Below, piece after piece: positions 1 to 13,507 of a stretch of 64,000 bases of DNA. The first letter of the stretch is position 1. Every line of letters starts with the position of its first letter. Both the position numbers and the translations under genes were made by a program. The stretch comes from Octopus bimaculoides (taxonomy: Eukaryota), in assembly GCF_001194135.2 (NCBI RefSeq), contig NC_068999.1:21000912-21064911 (forward strand). The letters are read 5' to 3'. Under the pieces are notes generated by a model. That model did not search any database. It had not been told where the DNA came from and was given only the letters and a program-made list of their open reading frames with translations.

Positions 1-48
1 ATATATATGTATGTATGTATATACATAGTGATTATATATATTTTTCTA

Positions 49-1170
49 TTAGGTTGGCAACTAAGTTCCCACTGGTTTTGGAGTGAATTTATTGCGTTTT
101 TAAATTTTGGAATCTATCTTTTTCGAGAATTTTATTTTTAGATCACTCTGGAATCTATTTTGTTTGTTTTTCTTTTTTTTTGTTTTTTTATTGTTTTTAG
201 GTAATTTGAGTTAATTTCTCTTTATTTTCAGATCATTAAAATGGAATGTCACGTTAAGAAAAGAGACCATTTTCGACACCTCCTTCTTTTTTGCTTTTAA
301 TCAAGGTTCTAAGGCCACAAAAGCTGCCTGCGACATTTGTGCTGTGTATGGAGAGGGTACCATACCTGAAATAACCGCTCGTAGATTGGTATGCCAAGTT
401 CAAAAATGGAAATTTTGACCTCAAGACGAACCTCGTTCTGGCCGTCCATTTGAGCTCGATGAAGTGCGATTAAAACAACTTTTGTCCGAAAATTCTCGTT
501 AGACGACAAGGGAATTGGCAGAGAAAATGGAATGCTCTCACACTGTTATAGAGAAGCATCTTCACTCCATGGGAAAGTTTCAGAAGTATGGAGCATGGAT
601 TTCCCATGCTTTAAGTGACAACAAAAATAAACGAGCCACAATCTCCGCTGGTTTGCTTGCTCATCACCGCTCACCTCATGAACACAAGCAACAATTTCTT
701 TACCGAATCGTTACTGGCGACGAAAAATGGTGCCTGTACATCAATATGAAGCAGCGTAAGGAATGGCTTAGCCTCTGTAAACAAGCGACACCGCGCGTGA
801 AACAAAATTTTCATCAGCGTAAAACGATGTTGTGCGTAGGGTTGGACTGGGAAGGGATTATCCATTACAAATTGCTTGAACAGACCAAACGGTCAACGCG
901 GAACTCTATGTTCAACAGATGGAACGACTCAACACGTCTATTGAAGAGAAAAGACCTAATCGGCAGCATGAAGTTCTGCTGCACGACAACGCCCGACCTC
1001 ATATCGCCAATATGACCAAGGAAGCCATTCAAACGCATGGCTGGGAAGTGCTGCCACATCCACTGTACTCTTTTTATTTGGTACCAACGGATTTCCACCT
1101 CTTTCGATCTCTTTCAAATGCTATGCGCGGAGTTTCTTTCATTATTGATGCAGAATTGAGAGCTTGGTTG
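49..1170 (+). mobile_element. mariner (Tc1/mariner, DD34D) transposon, decayed and 3'-truncated
   Basis: TA at 47-48 is followed by a mariner-type left TIR (ttaggttggcaactaagttccc). Transposase motifs follow on + across frameshifts. No matching right TIR is visible after ~1170. Confidence 0.92.
241..1170 (+). pseudogene. mariner transposase pseudogene
   Basis: ATG at 241 (MECHVKKRDHFRHLL), HTH region (DICAVYGEG...FKNGNFDLK..EPRSGRP), IVTGDEKW (first Asp), LLHDNARPH (second Asp) and YSFYLVPTDFHLF (third Asp, 34 residues after the second by my count). Several frameshifts and stops; ORFs 515-1015 and 919-1293 are pieces of it. Confidence 0.92.
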
Positions 1171-2769
1171 CTGTATGAGTATGAGCGATTATATATTATG
1201 CATATTATATATATATATTATATTATGTATATTTCGATGATTCTCAACCACCCTTCAATATTCCTAATGAAGACTGCAGCAAGATGCCGCTAATTTCACC
1301 CGTTTGTGTTTCACTAAGTCCGCCAGAAGCCTCTCATTTTCGTTTCTTGACGCGTTAGTTTGTACAAGAAAACTTTTCTAGTTGGTGAGTGTTTATTGAG
1401 ATATTTTTATATTCTAGTGTGTAACTAATTTTGGTTTAACCATTTTATGATTTCCCGGCACTGTAGAATAATTTGTTAGCAATATTAATTGGACGGATAA
1501 CGTCGAATTTGTTCTCCGTTTGTATAGAGCATCTACTGAGACCGCGTTGTCCAGTGTGTGGGTTCTTTGTAATGAACTCACATTGTAATTCTGACAGGAA
1601 CACCAGACATCTGTTGACACCTCGGTTAATTTCCCTTCTGTTCATTCCAGCACTCGCACACACTTAGAGATAATTACATTGATAGATATAAATATATGCA
1701 TAGATGTGTATATATGTAAATACGTATGTATGTGCAAAGCTATATATGTGCAAAGTTATATATGTGCAAAGCTATATATTTATGTATGTGTGTTTGCGCG
1801 CGCGCATGCGTATACACTCACACATGCATATGTTCACGTATGTGTGTGTTGCAGTAACTCTGGTTTAACTTGACTATATTTTTTTTCCTTCCAATTTTCT
1901 CTGTCTCTTGCAGTTTCTTTCTATATAGCTATCTTCTATTTCTTTTGTTTTATGGCTACCGTTATTCACAAAAACTATTCACAGCCTCTCCAAACATACG
2001 TATTTCGTCCGTCACATTTCTGACGTGATTGCATTGGTAGGTTCGTAGCATTTCAGTTTTGTTGTTATACAAAATTCTGCATACGTCTGTACACCTTTCA
2101 TGGTTTCCTTCCAATAGAACTAAATTATAACATGTCCTACATGGAAAGATATGGTAAAATCTAGTAAGCTTGGGGAGCCTCTGCCATTATGGATATTATA
2201 CCAAGCTTGATGTTGTGGCTGAGGGTTTCAAAATCCACGTAATTTTTGTAGTTACATCACGTGAATGGATAAATACATCGGGGACATACATGTATCTGTA
2301 ATATTGCGTAATGTCTCACCCGGTATGCGTTCCGGGTTGAACAATGTTCTGGACGTGGTAGTACAGAACTTCATATCGGGAACTGAAGCTTCATAACAGA
2401 AAATTATTGGAATTTTTTTTTAGGTACTATTGGAGGTTGTATGGCTTCAGTTAATATAAGTTGGTGTACATAGACTACGCGGGGAAACAGAGATCAGACA
2501 GACTATTAGAGCAACTGATATGTCCCCAAAACGGTGCCAGTTGTGCAGATGACGATAGAATGAAATAGCAAATGCATGAGAGAGAGAAGAAAGGTTTGAT
2601 ACAAAAGACTAATAAATGAACTTGTAAATGGTGGATGTATGTAAAATAGATTAATGTCATGTGAAGAAATCCGGCAATCTCAATTGAATTGCAAGCTGAG
2701 GTCATATTTCAAAACAATGCTCCTACTCATCTTTTAATTGTTCTGGTCATTAAACTGCAGCTGTTCTGA

Positions 2770-2901
2770 GTTGGACAAATCGACCGCTTAATATTTTTAA
2801 AACCGGGTACTTGTTCTATCAGTCAGTCTTGACGAACCATCGGGTTACGATGGACGTAAAGATACCGACAACTGTTGTTAAGTGAGGGAACAAACACAGA
2901 A

Positions 2902-2930
<29 letters not shown>
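2770..2930 (-). mobile_element. SINE-B 3' module, degraded, next to its (CA)n tract
   Basis: Reverse complement resembles 20826-21000 (gtacttgttctatc...gaaccatcgggttacgatggacgtaaa...gggaacaaacacag). Confidence 0.6.
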
Positions 2931-2932
<2 letters not shown>

Positions 2933-3639
2933 TATGTATGTGTGTGTGTGTGTGTGTGTCTGTGTCCGTGTCTGTGTGTCTGTGTACGTATATACATACG
3001 TACACAGCGTATGATGATTCTGAAATTTTGAGTCTAATAAAGCTTACACAGCACTCCTTACTGGCATGATCCTGAGACAAAGTAGGGAAAGATATTCAGT
3101 GCAAATATGGGTTGCAGTTTCAGAAACGTGGAGGCGCCAGGCTCTCGAACGCAAGCAAAGCATCACCAAAATGTGATGCCAGTCCCTGCATATCTGGTTT
3201 TATAAGAGAGTGACCTTCTCCTACAGTTATGCTTTAGCATAAGCTAAGGACCGCTTCAATTTCACACTTCTTCCAGCTCGTCGGAGACCAACCCCGAACT
3301 TCTAAGGGAACGTAAAAATGCTAAATAGTCGTTGAACCTACACAAACATGGTCCGTTCATCCAACCATTTGACAGGTTTTGTTTTCCTATCCTGCTAGAT
3401 TTTTAGCAAACTTCCTCACCAGGCAAGCGTGGTAGGGTTGTCGGTTTTGTCATCGATGACTGGACTATGCAACATGTTGTACTGGACTTCATGTTTCCTC
3501 AAAAGTGACCTCTCTCTCTCTCACACACACACATACATACACAGAGACACACACGCAAACACACACATAAGCATGCACATACACATGTATGTATGTATGT
3601 ATGTATGTATACATATACACGCTGGGTTACCACTAAAAG

Positions 3640-3705
3640 CCTTTCGTCGGCCAGAGGGTAAAGCAGAAAACACTTGTCCAATGAGTCGTGCAAACTCTTT
3701 ATCAC
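3640..3705 (-). mobile_element. SINE-B core fragment
   Basis: aaagcctttcgtcggccagagggtaaagcagaaaacacttgtcca resembles the reverse complement of 20676-20720. Confidence 0.45.
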
Positions 3706-4804
3706 GCAGACACATATTTCATGGTACATTGTTTCATTAAGCAATCATTGTGCTTTGATGTTGCTGATGGACTATCTTGTCCAGGGAGCTGTATTCGTGG
3801 TAGATTGGGGCAAGTGCAAATGGAATGTTCAGAAACAAATACAATTTTGGGCTGTTTAATGGACGCAATACCGTTGATCTCCATTTCACAAATAGCACTA
3901 TTAACTTATGGATGGCAGAATGTTTTTCATTTCCTGAACTTACTACCAACCTGCACTATCCAATGTCAAATATCGTATGTCATCAGCAGTGACTTACTCG
4001 GCATATTTGGGAAAATGTGACTACCCAGAAATGGACATCGTTCAAACATTTTATCTTAATGTTGAAAGGGAAACCGATAAGAAAGTTTAGAATTACATAC
4101 TTATCTGAAGCCATATAATTCTTAGGTATGAACAGGGAACAATTGTAAAACACACACACATATATGCGCATATGCGTACATACGTATATGTTTAGGTATA
4201 ATGTATTCATCTGTATATATATAAATATATATAACTATATATATATTTATGGATGTATAAGAGTTTTGGTGTACGAGTGTTTACATGAATATATACCCAC
4301 ATACATGAATATAGTCATATATTTATGCGTGTGTGTGCGCGCGCGTATGTATTTATATAAAAAAAAAATCAGCGTAACACGGAGACTGGTATTTCTATAT
4401 TGTGATTCTTCGCGCTGTGATATTTCCGTTTGGTGTAAATGATGTTTATAAGGAATGATTTCTTCTCTGAGTAATGTGGTGGGTGGCGGCTGTAGTAGAG
4501 AGGGTTTTTGGTCGACTGGGATGGGAAATTGTAGGGTATAGAATAAGTGGTTGTTGACAAGTAGAAACGCTGTATGTGTTTGCAATGTATGTGAATGCGG
4601 CAATGTGTGCGTGTGTGAGCGAATGTGAGCGTTGCGTGTGTATGCGATTCTGTGAGTATTATGGTCAATGTGTGATGCAGTGATGTCTTTTAAGTCTGTT
4701 GTGGTGAGAATTGTTATTAACGCTACAGCTCGGACAAAATAACATGGCGTATTTGTTAAGGTCCCTTCAAGGATAATAAAATAAGATACCAGTCGATTAT
4801 TCTC

Positions 4805-5005
4805 GCAGAATAACAAGCGTGCCATACAAAATGATTAGCGGCATTTTGTCCGTCTTTACGATCTGAGTTCAAATGTCGCTGAGGTCGATTTTGCCTTTCC
4901 TCTTTCTGGAGTCGATAAAATAACTGCCAGTTGAATACTTGGGTCGAGTTAATTAGAAATACTCCCTCCCACGAAATTGCTGGCCTTGTGCCAAAATTTG
5001 GAATC
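4805..5005 (+). mobile_element. SINE-A copy
   Basis: B-box-like ctgagttcaaat, core gaggtcgattttgcctttcc...gtcgataaaataa, and 3' end gctggccttgtgccaaaatttgg. Confidence 0.8.
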
Positions 5006-5289
5006 AGTTACTGGAGTTAATGACTTCGACTAACAACCTGCGTCAATATTGCTGGTCTTCTACCTAAATTAGAGAACAAAAGATATACAATTAAGCATTG
5101 ACTCGAAACCGATAAAATAGTTTGCAAAGAAGATAGCAAGCAAGAAATGAGAACTGCGAAGTGGAAGTATTGTAGTTGTTTGTTCTTGGTGGTGGTGGTC
5201 ATCGTTGTAGTCGTGGTAGTCATGGTGGTCGTGATAACGTTCTTGTTATCGTCATTCTCGATTTGTTGGTATTATTATTACTGTTATTA

Positions 5290-5410
5290 AAGCGGTTTTT
5301 CAGTTCAAATTCCACCGGAGTTGACTTTGCCTTTCATACTTTCGGGGTCGACGTAATCGACTATCCTGTTCTCCAAAATTTCAGGACTTGTACCTAAGTC
5401 GAAAGGATGA
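5290..5410 (+). mobile_element. SINE-A partial copy
   Basis: gttcaaattccaccggagttgactttgcctttcatactttcggggtcgacgtaatcgact. Confidence 0.7.
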
Positions 5411-5462
5411 TTATTGTTGTTGCTATTTAATTAATTTTGTTATTAATATTCTTGTTGAAGAA

Positions 5463-5870
5463 AGGCGGGGAGCTGGCAGAATCATTAGCACGCCGGGAGA
5501 AATGCTCAGTGGTATTTCAATTGTCTTTACGTTCTGTGTTCAAACCCGCCGAGGTCGACTTTGCCTTTCATCCTTTCGGGGTCGAAAAATTGCACTGGGG
5601 TCGATATAATCGACTTAATCCCTTTGTCTGCCCTTGTCTGTCCCCTTTATGTTTAGCTCCTTGTGGATAATAAAGAAATAAGAAACGTTAGCACGCCGGG
5701 CAAAAGGCTTAGCGGTATTTCTATACGTTCTGTGTTCAAATTCTGTCGAGGTCGAGTTCGCTCTTCATCCTTTCGGGGTCGATAAACTAAGTACGAGTAG
5801 CGTACTGAAGTCGATCTAATCGACTGGCCCCTCCCCCAAAATTTTGGGCCTTGTGCCTAGGGTAGAAAAG
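5463..5870 (+). mobile_element. SINE-A dimer flanked by a 12-bp TSD
   Basis: Two tRNA-like/core units (5463-5680, 5683-5870). aatattcttgtt occurs at both 5445-5456 and 5871-5882. Confidence 0.88.
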
Positions 5871-5959
5871 AATATTCTTGTTATTGGCTTCATTTTGCCT
5901 TTCAAACTTTCGAGATCAGTGCTGGAGTCGATGTAATAGACTGAGCTTTTCCATTTAAA

Positions 5960-6015
5960 TTTTTTTCCCTCACAAAGCAAAATATGCCGAATACGCTCCT
6001 TTGGCACTTCTATTA
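5960..6015 (-). pseudogene. possible N-terminal scrap of a second mariner transposase
   Basis: Minus strand reads EVPKERIRHILLCE, resembling the mariner N-terminal K..IRHILL.EF motif. Very short. Confidence 0.4.
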
Positions 6016-7119
6016 TAACTTTGAAGAAATAACTGTTAAAATCGAATTGCACTCTTCAAAACTTGTACTAAGAATAAGTACAATGTAAAATTACTACATG
6101 CATTTATAGCAAGTTGATGAAGGTAGTTTATTCCGTACCCTTCCGACTTTTAGTTCATACAATTGAAAAATACCGCATTATTTATGGGATGGACCTATTT
6201 ATTTGTATGAATGATTCTGTTTGTAGCTGCAGCCATACGCTCATTCATATATAAATATTTGAGTTTGAGCATTTATGCCAACTACACCAGTGAATATGTT
6301 GTACGTGTAACTCTGCGAACACATGTCCATTTTTGTGTGAACGGTTGGATATATTTGAATAAACATATGACTTCGTTAGTATGTACACGGTTGCTCTCCG
6401 TGTGTATGTGTGTATGTGCGCATGCGCGAGTGCATGGCTTGATTTACGTTTTAAGTGCCTTTGTTCGTCTCTCTGTGTTTATACGTTTCAATATAAATCA
6501 ATTTGTTATAGAGAACAAATATTTATAAACTGCCAAAAAGTTTTTAAAAAAACTAAAGAAAAGAAAAGAAAAAATCACAGCATCACCACCAAAGTACAAA
6601 GAAGCAATTAAAACAAATAAATAATGAAAACGTCAAGAAAACTATTGCAACATGTATGGAACTATAGATCAAGGAAATTTGAAAAGAAAATGCAAAACTG
6701 ATTTCCTAACACTTTTTTTAGAAAAGTGAAAAGATATCATTAGATTGTTGCCAAAAGGCTTCTCTGCAAACTAATTTTAATCTCTTTAATTCTTTCTTAA
6801 ATTCCGCTTACGATGTTGCGGATGTTGCAGGTGTTGTTGTTGTTGTTGTTGTTGTTGTTGTCGTTATGTTTCCAGTTGTTTTTAATGCTGTTGCATTTGC
6901 TGTAACTGTTGTTATCGTTGTTATTGTTGCCTGGGTTATTTAATTATTTTTAAATAGCTTCACGGTGATCAAACGATATTTGTTATGAATGTTTTTTCCT
7001 TATTCTCTGCTTTTCGTTGTTATTCGTTTTTTTTTTTCCTTTCCAAGAAAGGAAATGTTTTCAATCTGGTATTGATGATGTTATTACAATTCTTATAGCT
7101 ATTGCTGTTGTTGTCATTA

Positions 7120-7121
<2 letters not shown>

Positions 7122-7194
<73 letters not shown>
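7122..7194. repeat. (TTA)n microsatellite
   Basis: Direct inspection. Confidence 0.98.
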
Positions 7195-7195
<1 letters not shown>

Positions 7196-7275
7196 TATTA
7201 GACATTAATGATTTCAGTTTTATTCACCATTCTCTCTTCTTCACTCACTCATCGTCTCGATATACAACATTCTAG

Positions 7276-7352
7276 CATGTCAACCCGTAGCACCGAAATT
7301 CATAAGTTGTCTATTGAAATATATCGTCAAACAACTTGATACTTTTCATCAG
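7276..7352 (+). CDS. candidate internal exon (unverified), peptide xCQPVAPKFISCLLKYIVKQLDTFHQ
   Basis: Pyrimidine tract plus ttctag acceptor; CAG|gtatgt donor; 77 bp with only the phase 1->0 frame open. No homology recognised. Confidence 0.22.
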
Positions 7353-10339
7353 GTATGTTTGATAAATTTCTAACATCTCACGGACTAAAAAAAAATCTCC
7401 ATTAGATCCAGTTTCGTTATATTTCATAAAGACACCTGCACAAAAGATAGGAAAACTTCTTTAAAACTGTGAAACTATTAAAACTATTTAAGTTTTCACA
7501 TAATTGCAACAAAATATCTCACTCCTGCGCATAATATATTGCAATTTGATACACCATACATTATTCAATCAGCAATTTTCTGTAAAATTCAGTTCCTTCG
7601 GAGAGGCCCAATTGATATTTACGCGCAGATCAATTTGCTCTTCTTTGGACGTTATCCTATAGATAAAGAACTATTATTCCACAACAGGTAATCTCCCAAC
7701 CAGCAGAATTGAATTAAACACACCAACAAACTACAGTATAACATTAGAGTCATCGCTGTTTACAACAATGATACCATAACACTATTTATAGTACTGGGGA
7801 TTTTCAGACGAATATCTTGAGTGTGTGTATGTGTGTGTGTGTGCGTGTGCGTGTGTGCGNNNNNNNNNNNNNNNNNNNNNNNNNNNNNNNNNNNNNNNNN
7901 NNNNNNNNNNNNNNNNNNNNNNNNNNNNNNNNNNNNNNNNNNNNNNNNNNNNNNNNNNNNNNNNNNNNNNNNNNNNNNNNNNNNNNNNNNNNNNNNNNNN
8001 NNNNNNNNNNNNNNNNNNNNNNNNNNNNNNNNNNNNNNNNNNNNNNNNNNNNNNNNNNNNNNNNNNNNNNNNNNNNNNNNNNNNNNNNNNNNNNNNNNNN
8101 NNNNNNNTATATATATATATATATATATTGATATATAGGTATATACACACAGTCAAATGCATTCCCTTGGCTTATTTTTGCAATATTCCGCCAACTTCCG
8201 CATCAATCTTTCACACATATATATGTACTGCTGGAGTACAACTGCCGTTTAGCTATAATTTTGAATATGTGTAGCAGAGTTGTGAATCTGCTCTAAATTG
8301 AACCTAAGCAACGTGTTTCGATCACCTTTGGGTATATTTATTCCCGTTTATTTCACTAATGTGCTGAAGAAAAGGCATACATAGAATTACAGCTGATAAT
8401 GTCTTAACACGTTAGTTACAATTAGATAACGTTTAAAATATTTTCAAGCTCGGGAGAATGTAAATAATTTCCAGCTTTTGTAAATGGTTATGTTATTTCA
8501 TTTTACATAGAATATAATCAGCGGTTGGGGAAATCGTAATGAAATAAAGAAAATGCAGTGTAGTCGGTACGTTTTCTTCAAATTATTAATTTCTCTCTTT
8601 TACTGACCTTTTCATTTATGTTCGCTTACGAGCATACATTGCGTGATATTTGCAAAGTCTTTCAAAAAATTGAAGACATGCCAGCATGTTGAGAGTTGAT
8701 GGGTGTGCGTGCCGGCGAAAGAAACGTAATGTGTGTGTATATTACTTTATTCTGCATAGATGTAAATGCTGTTTGATAATTAATTTAAAGAACTAAGAGC
8801 GTGGAAGAGATGACATCTGTTCTTATAGGTTGTAACAGAATGACGATGAAAGAGAAATGTTTCAGCAAATATTTTAATACGAAAGGTTAGTCACCTTTTA
8901 AACTGACCACTCAGCAAACTAATCAGTGCTTAGTACTTATGTACTTATATCTTCTTTAATCACAGGTGATGCCTGACTGAACAAATTTATGATCAACGTT
9001 TCGTTTGTTGTTATTCAGTCAAATTGTACAACGTACAATTTCACCATTTTTAGCTAGTACAGTGTTTTTTTATTATGTATTTGGTGTTATTTATAGTCGA
9101 TCATATGACCACGTAAAGACCCCTTTCCACTCATTCATTGACGCAATCTTGCTATGTAATTACCCCTGCGATTTCTACCAGACTACGAGTATATATAAAT
9201 ATATATAGTGTAATGTAGTCGTCAGAAATATATCTATGCAAGTTTTATCTATCTCCAATGCTTAAAATTAATTTGTAAGATTATTCAGTAATTTATGCAT
9301 AATTTATGCATAATTTTACCAGCTCCGAGTTTGCACAGTGTAGTAGAAATGACAGCCAAATAGTTTTTAAATCACAACCAAGCGCATAAAAGAAAGAAGG
9401 AAAGATACAATAGAGAATATACAACCTGAAAACGTGATGTTCACAGATGGAAACTATTTGATCAGATATCCTGCTCTAGCTGACCAGTTCTGAGACTAAA
9501 CAATAACAACATAAAACTTTATTCGCGTCAGTGTAGCTACAATAGCGAACAGTTAATGCAGGTTATTACGCTAAATTTAGAATATTATAGAATCAATACA
9601 GCTCACTTGTTACAGAAACACATTTAAAAAAAATATCTTATTCACCCACTCTCGTTTTGAAAAGAACCTAAAAATTAAAGGAAGCTTTTTCAAAATCTGA
9701 AAAGGAACGTTGCAGAAAATAGGAATACAAAAAAATATTAATTTAACCAGTTAAAAAGAAATTGCCAATTTTAACTTTCATAAAGCAGCCATCATCTTTA
9801 GAAATTCTCTCATATAATTCAGTGAGAAAAGAATCTAACGAAAGAAGCAGTTACAAGAATACCATGGCACCCAATTGCAATATGTTAAGTACAAGACTGA
9901 GCTTACACTGGTGTATTTATTGGAAAACTACTTTAGCAAGTTTTAAAAAATGTTTTCCACCCGCATGTGTAACTATCTTTACAAAAATGAATGGCGGCGA
10001 AAAAAAATAGCCTTAGCAAGCTGTGTGATGTTAAAAATATCATAGCAGGATGAAGCCAATGTTCTGTTGGAAGTTTATCTGATGGAGGATAAAGATGAGA
10101 TAAAAACTGATTAACAGATATTCTAGTGTTATAACGGCCCATGTTACTACACATTTCTGAGCCAACGTAAACATGTAGGTATTGTAAATGAATAAAAAAA
10201 AAATAGCATATGTAATTTCTCCTACATAGTCCACTGGGGTTAGATATTAGTGACTTAGATACACTGTGAATAGAACACACACATTTATTCATGCATATAT
10301 CTTGGCACATATGTGCATGCTTGTTTATAACGTGTATAT

Positions 10340-10367
10340 ATGTGTGTGTGTGTGTATGTGTGTGTGC

Positions 10368-10413
<46 letters not shown>

Positions 10414-10445
10414 CTGTGTGCAGTGGCCAGTAGTGCGCTTATTAC

Positions 10446-10521
<76 letters not shown>
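10340..10521. repeat. (TG)n followed by (ATT)n microsatellites
   Basis: Direct inspection. Source of spurious poly-I/L/CV ORFs. Confidence 0.97.
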
Positions 10522-11009
10522 GCAGACACACTATACATATATATGTATATACGTTGCATTCTGTTATACATAAACGTACACACATGCATGAATACTTATC
10601 GACATACGTACATATGTCTGTTACGTAGTGAGGGTTAAAATCTTTGGATACATCCCATAGTTACCTTTAATACGGAGCACAAACACCGCTGGCACATCAG
10701 TAAGTTACATAACTAAACTATCAGACAAATATTTGTCAAATATACAACTCAACTTATCTGAATATAGTTATGAGTTTAATGATATTAGCTATAAATACAG
10801 CTTTGCGGTAGCAGTAAAATGTAGATTAACCGATTGCCGCTGAAGTTGTACGAATAATTGAAACGGCGTCGTGCTGTCATCCCCACCTTTACTGTCTAAG
10901 ATGCAATATGATAAATATGAGAGATTTTGAAATTTATCTTATCTATCAAGTAAAATTATCTATATTTCGAATACAATGACAGCTAAAATCTTTCGGTATA
11001 CCCCCATTG

Positions 11010-11160
11010 TAAACTTTAATAAGTTTTCTTCCCAACTACATGGGTTTTGGTTCAGTCCCACTGTGTGACACTTTGGACGATTAACTTCTAAAATAGCCTC
11101 TGGCGGACTAAAGTCTTTTGAGTGTATTTGATAGACGTAAACAAAAATCCAGTCATGTAT
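11010..11160 (+). mobile_element. SINE-B head/core, degraded
   Basis: cttcccaactacatggg...ggttcagtcccactgtgtgacact...atagcctc...aaagtcttttgagtgtatttgatagacg. Confidence 0.6.
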
Positions 11161-11459
11161 ATGTGTTGTGTGTGTGTGTGTGTGTGTGTTTGTGCGTGCG
11201 CGCGCGTCCGTGTTTGACTCCTCCCCCACGCACGCTTGACATTAGATAATGTGTTTATTTCTGCGTGTCTTGCCATTTGAACAAAAGACAGCGATGCAAT
11301 AAGTAACAAATTAATTAACATTATGATATAATTATACTATGAAAAGATATAATATAATGTAATATAATATAACAAATAATTAAAACAAATATATATCCTA
11401 CAATTTGATTCTATTCGAAACCACTAGTGCATTTATATAAAAAAAAAACATGTTTATGC

Positions 11460-11815
11460 ATTTGAATCTCGTTCAGTCACATTGCGTAGAACCTTAGGCA
11501 AGTGTTTCTACTATAGCCGCGAGCCGACCAAAGCCTTGTGAGTGGATTTAATAGACGGAAACTGAAAGAAGTTCATCGCATAAATACATATATATATATA
11601 AATATTTGTGTGTCAGTGTTTGTACACCCACCATCGCTTGTCAAACGATATTGGTTTGTTTACATCCCCGTAAACTAGCGTTTCAACAGAAGATTCTGAT
11701 AGTATAAGTACTAGGCTTACAACGAATATGTCCTGGGGTTGATTTGTTCGACTAAAGGTGGTGCTCCAGCATGGCTGCAGTGAAATGACTCAAACAAGTA
11801 AGAGAATAAAAGAAC
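11460..11815 (+). mobile_element. SINE-B copy (5'-eroded)
   Basis: Colinear with 20600-21100: core, internal (TA)/(TG) tract, and 3' module ending gctccagcatggctgcag...aaacaagtaagagaataaaag. Confidence 0.85.
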
Positions 11816-12422
11816 ATAATTAACAAATAGAAATGTGCGAGCAAGTTGCTTTACAATTGTTTCAGAAACACTTCTACAGCAGCATAGAACTGAAATATTA
11901 TTATACATTCCGTTTACGAAATACACACACACACACACACACACCAGCACCACCNNNNNNNNNNNNNNNNNNNNNNNNNNNNNNNNNNNNNNNNNNNNNN
12001 NNNNNNNNNNNNNNNNNNNNNNNNNNNNNNNNNNNNNNNNNNNNNNNNNNNNNNNNNNNNNNNNNNNNNNNNNNNNNNNNNNNNNNNNNNNNNNNNNNNN
12101 NNNNNNNNNNNNNNNNNNNNNNNNNNNNNNNNNNNNNNNNNNNNNNNNNNNNNNNNNNNNNNNNNNNNNNNNNNNNNNNNNNNNNNNNNNNNNNNNNNNN
12201 NNNNNNNNNNNNNNNNNNNNNNNNNNNNNNNNNNNNNNNNNNNNNNNNNNNNNNNNNNNNNNNNNNNNNNNNNNNNNNNNNNNNNNNNNNNNNNNNNNNN
12301 NNNNNNNNNNNNNNNNNNNNNNNNNNNNNNNNNNNNNNNNNNNNNNNNNNNNNNNNNNNNNNNNNNNNNNNNNNNNNNNNNNNNNNNNNNNNNNNNNNNN
12401 NNNNNNNNNNNNNNNNNNNNNN

Positions 12423-12515
<93 letters not shown>

Positions 12516-12566
12516 GTACAGTTCCGTGATAGTATGATCAACAAAAAAGTACCCTATCTGGTGAAA

Positions 12567-13507
12567 TATTATTTAATAGACACAATACATGTTTTAATGT
12601 GCCACGAATAGTTTCGTATGTTGAAAAATACTTCAAACATATTCATCAAGCACAAACCACATATCATAACGAAGTAAAACTTGAATGTAGGAAGTAATGT
12701 GAAAAGTTAAGGAAACATATGGAAAACGAAAACGTAAAAAGTGAAAAACGATAAACGGAAAACAAAAAGTAAAAAGTGAAAAATATAAGAAGTTATCCTC
12801 CTTAGACCTGAAATTATAAGACTGGAAAGATATCAACAAGATAATCAGATATAGGCAGGATTGTCCTGTTCTTCCAAATGTACTTGGACACATATTTACA
12901 ACCGCTGAGAATTTCAGACCGTGAGTTCTGTAGTGAGTTAGAGATCTTAGTTCTGAAAAGGATCTGAGCTATGGCAGCTAAACATAGCTTACATCTATTT
13001 CATCCATTAACATAAGGTGTGGATTTTTAAATTATTCTCCATTTAATCACATGTGGCGTTGCGTAATATTTCAAATTCCATACGTGTTTAGCCAACATGT
13101 TAGCATTGCTTTTGTCCTTATGTCAAAAGGAGGTTATGAGACTGGCATAGTGATTTTTAAATATTCCTTCACATAATCCAATATATGTCTTCTTATCTGT
13201 TATCATATCATCTAGCTTAGTGATAACTTCAGCCTATATGACAGATTTAATCACGCAACGTTGGACAAGTGGACAGGATTCTGGGTATCGACAGTTTTTA
13301 CCTTTTCGTTTTCCGTTTTTCATTTTCCGTTTTTTAACCTTTCACTTTTTTTATATGCTTCGTTCTCAACTTAACGCGTTTATTCTCTCATTCAATTTTA
13401 AGTTCGTTATATGTGTGTTTGTGCCTATTGAATATGTTCGAGGTATTTCTCAACATATAGAACTATTAGTAGCACATAAAAACATGTAATAGGTCTATAA
13501 AATTATA
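12567..13507. mobile_element. non-autonomous long-TIR (foldback/MITE-like) element
   Basis: Reverse complement of ~12567-12790 aligns with ~13290-13507 (e.g. aagtatttttcaacatacgaaactattcgtggcacattaaaacatgta vs aggtatttctcaacatatagaactattagtagcacataaaaacatgta). TA at both outer ends. No coding capacity. Confidence 0.75.

Noticed and set aside
2020-2400. Possible Penelope-like RT remnant on the minus strand (…NGRGSPSLL…)
   Set aside because: Only vague motif echoes across several frameshifts and no YVDD; cannot be supported without a profile search.
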